Source: Pacificimonas sp.
Lineage (GTDB): Bacteria > Pseudomonadota > Alphaproteobacteria > Sphingomonadales > Sphingomonadaceae
Assembly (NCBI GenBank): GCA_036351775.1
Contig: JAZBPX010000064.1
Coordinates: 247,241 to 311,240 of the forward strand
DNA: 64,000 nucleotides
Direction: 5' to 3'
In this document: positions 54,332-63,404 of the stretch, piece by piece
How positions within the stretch are numbered: position 1 is the first letter of the stretch
Layout of the letters: every line of letters begins with the position of its first letter
Position numbers and translations under genes: made by a program
Notes under the pieces: generated by a model
Database searches by the model: none
Told to the model about the DNA's origin: nothing
The model's input: only the letters and a program-made list of their open reading frames with translations

Positions 54332-55879
54332 CTACGCCGCCGCGACTACGCCCGAATTGTGACCGATGCCGCCAGTATCGCTCGACCCGGCACCTTCCGT
54401 CCCGGCAAAGTCCGCCAGCATCAGTTTCGCCGTCGCCTTCGCGCTGCCGACGACGCCGGGAATACCTGCACCGGGATGCGTGCCTGCACCCGTAAAGTAG
54501 AGGTTCGACACGACGTCATCGCGGTTGTGGACACGGAAATAGGCGCTCTGCCACAGCACCGGTTCCAGACTGAAGGCGCTGCCCTGATGCGCGTTCAGCT
54601 CGCGCTTGAAATCGAGCGGCGAGAAGTGATGCCGCACCTCGATATTCTCGCGCAGGCCGGGCAGCAGATGCTCTTCCAGATAGTCGATGATCTTGTCGCC
54701 ATAGCCCTCGGCAACCTCGTCCCAGTTGCCCTCGAACTTGCCCATGTGCGGCACGGGAGCGAGGACATAGAAGGTCGAGCAGCCCTCCGGCGAAAGGTCC
54801 GGATCGGTGGCGGTCGGGTGGTGCAGGTACAGACTGAAATCCTCCGGCAGCGCCTTCGCCCCGTAAATCTCGTCCAAGAGACCCTTGTAGCGGTTCGCGA
54901 GGAGGATGTTGTGGTGCGGCACGTCCGGATAGGTCTTCTTCACACCGAAATAGAGGACGAACAGGCTGGGCGAGAAACTGCGCCGCGCCAGCGCCTTCGC
55001 CGCCTTCTTCCCGCGCGGATGATCCTTCAGGAGGTCGGCATAGGTGTGAACGATGTCGCCGTTCGATCCGATGCCGTCGACCCGCATCCGCGTGCCGTCC
55101 TGCAGCACGACCGCGCTGACGGAATCGCCCTCCGTCTCGATCCGTTCCACGCCGTTGCCGACGATCAGCGTGCCGCCAAGATCCTCGAACAGGCTGGCGA
55201 GCGCGCGCACCAGCGCATGCGTCCCGCCCTTCGGGAACCACACGCCGCCCTCCTTCTCCAGCTTGTGAATGAGCGCATAGATCGCGCTGGTCTTGTAGGG
55301 ATTGCCGCCAACCAGCAGCGTATGAAAGCTGAACGCCTGCCGCAGCCGGTCGTCCTTTATGTAGCGCGAAACCATCGCATAGACGCTGCGAAACGCCTCG
55401 TAGCGCATCAGGGCGGGGGCGGCGGAAATCATCGACTTGAAGTCCAGGAACGCCTCGGTCCCCAGCTTCTCATACCCCTCCCGGTACACATGCCCGGCAT
55501 AGTCGAGGAAGCGCTTGTAACCCTCGACATCCGCCGGGTTCAGCTTCTCGATTTCGGGAAACAGGACGCTCTCGTCGTTCGTGTAGTCGAACGTCGTCCC
55601 GTCCTCCCAGAACAGCCGGTAGAAGGGCTGGACCGGCACCAGATCAACATAATCCTCGATCCGGCGCCCGGAGAGGGCAAACAGCTCCTCAAGGCAGGGC
55701 GGATCGGTGATGACCGTCGGCCCGGCGTCGAAGGTGTACCCCTCCCGCTCCCAGACATAAGCGCGGCCGCCGATCTTGTCGCGCGCCTCGATCAGCGTGA
55801 CGTCGTGCCCCGCCGATTGCAGCCGCACGCTGAGCGCCAAGCCGCCAAAGCCCGCGCCGATTACCGCCAGTTTCGCCAA
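54332..55879 (-). CDS. crtI: phytoene desaturase
   Basis: FAD fold AVIGAGFGGLALSVRL, FDAGPTVITDP and C-terminal FTGAGTHPGAGIPGV. The start codon at 55879 is TTG. Confidence 0.95.
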   Translation of the reverse strand: MAKLAVIGAGFGGLALSVRLQSAGHDVTLIEARDKIGGRAYVWEREGYTFDAGPTVITDPPCLEELFALSGRRIEDYVDLVPVQPFYRLFWEDGTTFDYTNDESVLFPEIEKLNPADVEGYKRFLDYAGHVYREGYEKLGTEAFLDFKSMISAAPALMRYEAFRSVYAMVSRYIKDDRLRQAFSFHTLLVGGNPYKTSAIYALIHKLEKEGGVWFPKGGTHALVRALASLFEDLGGTLIVGNGVERIETEGDSVSAVVLQDGTRMRVDGIGSNGDIVHTYADLLKDHPRGKKAAKALARRSFSPSLFVLYFGVKKTYPDVPHHNILLANRYKGLLDEIYGAKALPEDFSLYLHHPTATDPDLSPEGCSTFYVLAPVPHMGKFEGNWDEVAEGYGDKIIDYLEEHLLPGLRENIEVRHHFSPLDFKRELNAHQGSAFSLEPVLWQSAYFRVHNRDDVVSNLYFTGAGTHPGAGIPGVVGSAKATAKLMLADFAGTEGAGSSDTGGIGHNSGVVAAA

Positions 55880-55957
55880 AGAACTTTCCTCCAGAACCAG
55901 TACCTGTCACCGCGAACCGCCTGCCGCGGCCCGTCACCTGCATCGCCAGACCGGGCG

Positions 55958-56111
55958 CTGGATGCTGAAACCAGTTCAGCATGACGGGGGTGCCAAAGCG
56001 CCCCTGCACCCGTCGGCCGTTACCCGGCCGCCATCCGGCCCCCCATCCGGCCGCCATTATGTCGTGGGCAGCAACAAAAGCCCGTCACCCTGAACTCGTT
56101 TCAGGGTCCAG
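55958..56111. repeat. family-1 element pair in the crtY-crtI spacer (inverted orientation, ~98-nt spacer)
   Basis: ctggatgctgaaaccagttcagcatgac (55958-55985) faces gtcaccctgaactcgtttcagggtccag (56084-56111). The flanks cgggcgctgg / ccagcgcccg extend the pairing. Confidence 0.85.
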
Positions 56112-56144
56112 CGCCCGGTGCCGCTCCCACCACTCGGTCCTCGT

Positions 56145-57335
56145 CTACCCTTTCGCGCGCCACCTCGGCCGCCAGCTGATCTTCGGTACCGAGCGCGCCA
56201 GCACACCCAGCGCTTTCCCGATCGGCACCGGCGGCTTTCCGGACAGGACCCGCGCTATGTCCGCCGCCGTCGACTTGCCCGCGTAGAAGCGCTCAACCAG
56301 TCCTTCGTCCAGTGCGTAAAAGTGTTGCAGCGTGCGGTAACGGGTCTCCGGCGTCGCCGCCTCGAACATCATGCGGTTGAGCAGGCGGTAAAAACCGCGC
56401 TCGTTCCACTTCTCGATGCTGTGCTCGCGCAGCGCCTCTTCCAGCGGCCCCGAATCCAGCCGCACCTGCGACTTGATGACGTCGGCGGTGTCGACCGCGT
56501 CCGGCCAGCTATAGCCCGTGATCGGGTGGAACAGCGCGCCCGCCATCCCGGCTTTTGGCACGGGCGGACCATCGGCCAGGAACGCCTCGATATCGCCGCC
56601 GAGCGCGATGGGAAGGACGCCGGTTTCAATGCGGTCCTCCTCATAGGGGCCGATATCCATGTCCGCGATGTAACTGCGGATACGGTTCAGGACTTCCTGC
56701 TCATAAATCTCCGGACCATCGGAGTAATAGGTGTCCTCGACCAGCAGCCGGGTTTCGGAGAAGGGCAGGACATAGACGAAGCGGTAGCCGTCCAGCTGCG
56801 GCACGCTCGCATCCATGACGACCGGCTTGGTGCGCCCGTGCGGCACCTTCGTCTCGATCTCCAGCCCGACGAACTTCTGGTAGGCGAGGTTCAGGTGCTT
56901 CGACGACGAATGCCCGCGGCAGTCGATCACCGCGCCCGCCTCCAGCACCTGCCCGTCCGCCAGCCGCACCATCTTCGGCAGCACCTTTTCGATGGTGCGC
57001 CCGGTGATGATCGCCCCCTGCGGCAACCGTTCGCGCACCGCCCTGTCGAGCGAGGCCGACCGCACGCTGGCATAGGGCGTCGAGAGCTCGCGCTCGTAGT
57101 TCGGGAACTTGACCTTGTAGCCGCCCTCCCAGCGGTGATCCTGCAGCTCGCGCGTCCACATAAGCTGCGGGCCGCGCACGTCGGTGGCGAAGCTCGACCA
57201 GATCTTGTCGCCGCCCAGCGTCTCGCCGCTCTCGACAATGGCCACCGAAACCCCGGGCCGCGTATCCGCCAGCCGCATCGCGATCAGCCCGGCCGCCAGC
57301 CCGCCGCCGGCAAGTATGATATCGAAATCAGACAT
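56145..57335 (-). CDS. crtY: lycopene beta-cyclase
   Basis: FAD motif DIILAGGGLAAGLIAMRL, FVGLE, and PFSETRLLVEDTYYSD, typical of bacterial CrtY. Confidence 0.9.
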   Translation of the reverse strand: MSDFDIILAGGGLAAGLIAMRLADTRPGVSVAIVESGETLGGDKIWSSFATDVRGPQLMWTRELQDHRWEGGYKVKFPNYERELSTPYASVRSASLDRAVRERLPQGAIITGRTIEKVLPKMVRLADGQVLEAGAVIDCRGHSSSKHLNLAYQKFVGLEIETKVPHGRTKPVVMDASVPQLDGYRFVYVLPFSETRLLVEDTYYSDGPEIYEQEVLNRIRSYIADMDIGPYEEDRIETGVLPIALGGDIEAFLADGPPVPKAGMAGALFHPITGYSWPDAVDTADVIKSQVRLDSGPLEEALREHSIEKWNERGFYRLLNRMMFEAATPETRYRTLQHFYALDEGLVERFYAGKSTAADIARVLSGKPPVPIGKALGVLARSVPKISWRPRWRAKG

Positions 57336-57410
57336 GGGTTGCGCTCCTTTCTCCCCTGATCGTCACGTCACCGCCGCGACATCTGTTCGTCCGAACCATT
57401 TCAGTGGAAA

Positions 57411-57888
57411 CTGGATGCTGAAACAAGTTCAGCATGACGGATGGGTGAAATGTCCGCCAGCCTGACCCCGACCCGTCATCCTGAACTCTTTTCAAGGTCC
57501 AGCGTCCGGCACCGCGCGGCCAGCCCTTCCCGGAAGCCCGTCGCCCTGAACTCGTTTCAGGGTCCAGTGACCGATGCGACGCCGCCAGTCCTTCCCAAAG
57601 CTCGTCACCCCGAAAACGCTCGGGTTCGTCCACCTCACAGCCTCACCGAAAACTGGATGCTGAAACGAGTTCAGCATGACGGCGAGGCGAACCGTTCACG
57701 GGACAATCTAAAGGAAGCTCGTCACCCTGAACTCGTTTCAGGGTCCAGCGCCCGAGACGACGCCGCCAGTCCTTCCCGAAGCCCGTCACCCTGAACTTGT
57801 TTCAGGGTCCAGTGGCATGAGCGGCATCTGGAGCGTGTTCCAGCCAGGCACCAACGGAAACTGGATCCTGAAACGAGTTCAGGATGAC
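57411..57888. repeat. composite array of eight family-1 hairpin units in the crtY / crtG-like divergent spacer
   Basis: Units start at 57411(A), 57475(B), 57540(B), 57604(B, degenerate), 57653(A), 57721(B), 57785(B) and 57861(A). A is the inverse orientation of B. B units are spaced 64-65 nt apart with conserved inter-unit sequence. Confidence 0.9.
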
Positions 57889-57919
57889 GGGTCCGGGCAG
57901 AGCCTGCTAGGGATACGCC

Positions 57920-58741
57920 ATGTCCTACGCCGCCGCCGCCCTGTTCCTGACCGTCGTGATCGCCCTGCGGTACGCGGCGGTCAGCGGGCTGTTCGCGGCC
58001 GTGACGGCGCGGGCGCGGCCCGGGCTTTACGCCGCTAAGCGCTCTCGCAAGCAGCAGCGGATGGAACGGCGCTGGTCGCTGATCGCCGCGGTCATCTACG
58101 CATTGCCCGCCGCCGCCGTGCTCGTCCTGTTCCAGCGCGGCGGGACGGCGATCTACACCGATGTCGCCGCCTATCCGCTGTGGCTCATCCCCCTGAGCAT
58201 CGCCGCCTACCTGTTCCTGCACGACACCTGGTTCTACTGGACCCATCGCTGGATGCATCACCGGCGGCTGTTTCCGGTCATGCACAAGGTTCATCATGAC
58301 AGCCGCCCGCCAACCGCCTGGGCGGCCATGAGTTTTCACTGGACGGAGAGCCTGTCGGGCGCGGTCCTGATCCCGGCGCTAGCGCTGTTCATCCCCATTC
58401 ATATCGGCGCACTGGCCCTCGTGCTCGCCGTCATGACGATCTTCGGCACCACCAATCATCTGGGCTGGGAGATTTTTCCGAAGCGCCTCGTTCATGGTAT
58501 GTTTGGAAAGGTCGTGATAACCGCGTCACATCATCACAGGCATCACAAGGATTATGCCTGCAATTTCGGACTCTATTTTCGGTTCTGGGACCGAATCATG
58601 GGGACCGACCGAGGGCTGGCAAAGGATTTCGGCAGTGGGGAAGCACAGGCGCGCGCGCGCAGCATCGGTCGGGGCACTGGCCGCGCTGCCGCTGATGGCG
58701 ATGGGAACGGCGACGCCGGTCCCCTCCACCCCGCAGAGTGA
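57920..58741 (+). CDS. fatty-acid hydroxylase/sterol desaturase superfamily protein, candidate carotenoid 2,2'-beta-ring hydroxylase (CrtG-like)
   Basis: His boxes HDTWFYWTHRWMHH, HKVHHDS and HHHRHH. About 4 TM helices. Located next to crtY. The assignment to CrtG rests on context and family only. Confidence 0.65.
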   Translation: MSYAAAALFLTVVIALRYAAVSGLFAAVTARARPGLYAAKRSRKQQRMERRWSLIAAVIYALPAAAVLVLFQRGGTAIYTDVAAYPLWLIPLSIAAYLFLHDTWFYWTHRWMHHRRLFPVMHKVHHDSRPPTAWAAMSFHWTESLSGAVLIPALALFIPIHIGALALVLAVMTIFGTTNHLGWEIFPKRLVHGMFGKVVITASHHHRHHKDYACNFGLYFRFWDRIMGTDRGLAKDFGSGEAQARARSIGRGTGRAAADGDGNGDAGPLHPAE

Positions 58742-59147
58742 CATTGCCGGACGAATGGCGGACTCCGGCGCCCCGGCGACGCTGCACCTGACTCTCGAAG
58801 GCCTCCGCAAGCCGCGCGGCACTGTCCGCGTGTGCCTGTGGTCGCATGGCGATGGCTTTCCCGACTGCAAGAAGGGCGCGGGCGTCGTTAAAATCCATGC
58901 GCCGGTCGAGGGTGACCGCGTCGATTTGGACGTCGCCGCCCTGCCACCCGGCGATTACGGCGTGTCTGTGATCCACGATGAGAACGACAACCGAAAGCTC
59001 GACAAGAGCTTCATCGGCCTGCCCATGGAGGGCGTCGGCTTCTCCAACAACGCGTCTGCGGCTTTCGGCCCGCCTAAGTTCAAGCGCGTCCGGTTTGCCG
59101 TTGCCGGTGATACCACGCAGACGATCAAGCTGAAATACTACCTTTAG
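58635..59147 (+). CDS. DUF2141-like secreted protein
   Basis: GTG 58635 gives a signal-like N-terminus (GKHRRARAASVGALAALPLMAMG). The core GTVRVCLW...YGVSVIHDENDNRKLDKSFIGLPMEGVGFSNN matches my recollection of DUF2141. Confidence 0.6.
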   Translation: MGKHRRARAASVGALAALPLMAMGTATPVPSTPQSDIAGRMADSGAPATLHLTLEGLRKPRGTVRVCLWSHGDGFPDCKKGAGVVKIHAPVEGDRVDLDVAALPPGDYGVSVIHDENDNRKLDKSFIGLPMEGVGFSNNASAAFGPPKFKRVRFAVAGDTTQTIKLKYYL

Positions 59148-59171
59148 CGGCTGGCCGGATGGCCATCCGCG

Positions 59172-60068
59172 CTAGTCGCCGAACGCCGAGCTACGAAGCG
59201 CCCGCACCGCCTGTTTGGGATCGGTCAGCGCGCCGGGCGCGCGAACAAAGACGCTCAGCCCCTGATCCGCGGACAGCCGCCGGATGCGCGCCCGTTCCTC
59301 CCGTTTCAGCCGCTTGATGGTCAGCCGGTCGTCTGCATCCAGGTCGCGGGCAAAGGCCGTCTCTGCCAGCGACAGCGCCTTCAGCTTCTCCTTCGCCACC
59401 GCCAGGTCGCTCGCCAGCGTCGTATTGCCGCCATGGATGCGCGCATGGGCGTGGATGTGCGGGTCATGCACCGCCGAACCGAGCAGGCTGAGCGCGATCA
59501 TGTGAAAGCGGTCCTCGCTCGTCGCCAGTCCGGAGAAGAACAGCCCGGCCCGGATCGCATCCGCGCGCCGCACCAGCGTCGTCTCCATCGACACGCACAG
59601 GCCGGGCAGGAACGCCTTGTGCAGCCCGCGCTCAATCACCGTCGGTTCGTCGCTGGCGGGCGAAAACAGCGCCGCGAAGGTCGACCGGTCGAGATAGGTC
59701 TCCGTTTCCGGCCCGTCTTGGAACAGGCGCACCGCATCGCCGAACGCCATCACATGATCGCCAAGGATCGCCTCGAGCCGTTCCAGATGATCCGGCATCC
59801 AAAGATCGTCGGCATCCAGCCAGGCAATTCGCTCGCCCGTCGCCGCCGCGACGCACGCATTGCGCGCGCCCGAAATGCCGCGATTCGCTTGGCGGATCAG
59901 GCGCACGGGATAGCGCGCGGCAATCTCCGCGGTGTCATCGGTCGATCCATCATCCACGACCACGATCTCGTCGGGCGGCCGCGTCTGCCCCAGCGCACTC
60001 TCCAGCGCCTCGGCCAGAAAGGGGGCAGCGTTGTAAGCGGGGATCAGGCAGCTAATGGTCATAGCCAT
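59172..60068 (-). CDS. glycosyltransferase family 2
   Basis: SCLIPAYNAAPFL, VVDDGSTDDT and LDADDLW (DxD) motifs. Confidence 0.85.
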   Translation of the reverse strand: MAMTISCLIPAYNAAPFLAEALESALGQTRPPDEIVVVDDGSTDDTAEIAARYPVRLIRQANRGISGARNACVAAATGERIAWLDADDLWMPDHLERLEAILGDHVMAFGDAVRLFQDGPETETYLDRSTFAALFSPASDEPTVIERGLHKAFLPGLCVSMETTLVRRADAIRAGLFFSGLATSEDRFHMIALSLLGSAVHDPHIHAHARIHGGNTTLASDLAVAKEKLKALSLAETAFARDLDADDRLTIKRLKREERARIRRLSADQGLSVFVRAPGALTDPKQAVRALRSSAFGD

Positions 60069-60149
60069 TTGCTATCCACCCGACGGGCTCCTTCCGGTCA
60101 ACGAACGATTGACGAAGGCCTGCGCGGCCATCAATCTTGTCGTCAGCAA

Positions 60150-60252
60150 TTGTTCCCAGGGGTGCCGGCGTTTTTCGGCTGAGATCGCGCTGCCTTCGCG
60201 CGGAACCCTTCGAACCTGAACCGGGTCGTGCCGGCGTAGGGATGGAGAACTT
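60150..60252 (+). promoter_or_regulatory. TPP (THI-box) riboswitch
   Basis: CAGGGGTGCCGG...GGCTGAGA...AACCCTTCGAACCTGAACCGGGT.GTGCCGGCGTAGGGA matches the conserved TPP aptamer cores. It lies directly upstream of thiC. Confidence 0.85.
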
Positions 60253-60290
60253 CACTGCGCGCATCCCGCGCCGTCCGCGTCCCCCTTTGA

Positions 60291-62180
<1,890 letters not shown>

Positions 62181-62184
62181 CGCC

Positions 62185-62619
62185 ATGTCCGCCGCCCGCA
62201 CCGACACGGCCCCGGCGACGTCGGACGGCCCCGACACCCCAGCCTCCCGGGCGCAAGCACAGGATGGCGGGCGCGCCGCCCCCGCCCTGCCGCTCGATGA
62301 GGAGCAGGAGCGCCACCGCCGCCGCCTGCCGCGCGTCGGCCTGGTCCTGACGGCCATCTATGTCGCGGGCCTGGTCGTCTACCTGGTGGTGCAGGGCCAG
62401 AACCCCGCCGATCTGGCGCTGAACGAACTCGGCGATTTTCTCGGCGGCGTGTCCAGCCCGCTAGCCTTCCTCTGGCTCGTCCTCGGCTTCTTCCAGCAGA
62501 GCCGCGAGATCAAACTCAGCGGCCGCGCCCTCGAACTCCAAGCCCGAGAAATGCGCCGCAGCGTGGACGAGCATAGGCGGCTGGCATCAGACGGTAGCCC
62601 GAAAGTCAGCGACGGATAA
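62185..62619 (+). CDS. small membrane protein of unknown function, tightly linked to thiC
   Basis: The ATG lies 4 nt after the thiC stop. It has a disordered N-terminus, two hydrophobic helices (VGLVLTAIYVAGLVVYLVV, SSPLAFLWLVLGFF) and a charged helical tail. Confidence 0.5.
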   Translation: MSAARTDTAPATSDGPDTPASRAQAQDGGRAAPALPLDEEQERHRRRLPRVGLVLTAIYVAGLVVYLVVQGQNPADLALNELGDFLGGVSSPLAFLWLVLGFFQQSREIKLSGRALELQAREMRRSVDEHRRLASDGSPKVSDG

Positions 62620-62647
62620 CGCTTGAACCCAAATCGGACGACGTGAC

Positions 62648-63322
62648 CTAACGGTCGTCGTAACCCCATACAGGGGGCGGTGTGGGAACGGGATTTGTCA
62701 AATCGAAGCGGACGCGGAACAGGCGGCCGCTTGGGCGGGCCAATTCATAGACGAAAGTCTCGCCGAGGATGATCTCCATCGCCCACACATTCTCGGTCGA
62801 TGCGGAGAGACCTTCGCGCTGGAACAAAGCCACTGAAAAGGCACCGACGGGAAACTCCTGACGGATCGCCGTAGCCGCCGATACACTGGGGCGAGCAATT
62901 GGTCCAGCCACCGTATCGCCGCCATATTGCGTGACCGCGTCCTCCGATCCGTCCTCATGACGGTGATCATGTTTCAGGCGCAGCCCGCCCGCGTCCGTGC
63001 GCGTCAGCACCCAAGTTCGTGACCTGTCTTCGCCCACATGCAGAGGAATGCGCACCGCGTCATAGCTGCAGTCACGAACGTGCATAACGACCGGTTGGGT
63101 CGTCCAGGGCGAATTCGGGTCGGCAGGCGTCCCGTCTGCCTCCCGGTCCACCTCAACCTCGCCGGCAAACGCCAGACCGCAGAGCGCAGAGAGAGTCGAT
63201 AGGAACTCGTCAGTCCGATCGGCCTGATCGGCGCGATCGTCCGACATCGGACCCAGGCCCGCCATCGATGCGCAGCCGGACAGCAATAATGTGACGGCAA
63301 GGGCCTGCAGGTTCGTTTTCAT
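62648..63322 (-). CDS. lipoprotein of unknown function
   Basis: The internal ATG 63322 gives MKTNLQALAVTLLLSGC (lipobox). No motif recognised. Confidence 0.55.
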   Translation of the reverse strand: MKTNLQALAVTLLLSGCASMAGLGPMSDDRADQADRTDEFLSTLSALCGLAFAGEVEVDREADGTPADPNSPWTTQPVVMHVRDCSYDAVRIPLHVGEDRSRTWVLTRTDAGGLRLKHDHRHEDGSEDAVTQYGGDTVAGPIARPSVSAATAIRQEFPVGAFSVALFQREGLSASTENVWAMEIILGETFVYELARPSGRLFRVRFDLTNPVPTPPPVWGYDDR

Positions 63323-63404
63323 CTGCGCGACCTTAATGAAGGCCTCGCCGCTCGCAAGCGACCGCAGGCGAAGTCCGCGATCCGATGCGTGGACGGGTAA
63401 GCAA

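Noticed and set aside
54290-57359. 564-aa and 413-aa plus-strand ORFs (54290..55984 and 56118..57359)
   Set aside because: They are antisense to crtI and crtY, which carry unambiguous FAD and carotenoid motifs. The translations are Arg/Leu/Asp/Val-rich with no recognisable domain.
57328-57794. Small ORFs inside the repeat array (for example 57328..57633, 57441..57794, 57492..57677, and 55689..56093 in the other spacer) giving peptides such as MLNSFQHP or MLKRVQHDG
   Set aside because: They are translation artefacts of the hairpin repeats. The same peptide words arise wherever the repeat occurs, in either orientation. No RBS is present, and the frames are not conserved between copies.
57475-57812. 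CRISPR-like appearance: ~28-33 nt palindromic repeats spaced 64-65 nt apart
   Set aside because: The 'spacers' are themselves conserved between units (gacgccgccagtccttccc.aagc). The units occur in both orientations, there are only 2-3 consecutive copies, and no cas genes are nearby. This is a tandemly duplicated MITE/REP-type array, not a CRISPR.
59156-59167. Perfect 12-bp palindrome GGATGGCCATCC between the DUF2141 and GT2 genes
   Set aside because: It is short, loop-less and single-copy. It is most likely a chance palindrome in GC-rich DNA, or at best a weak element, and no supporting context exists.
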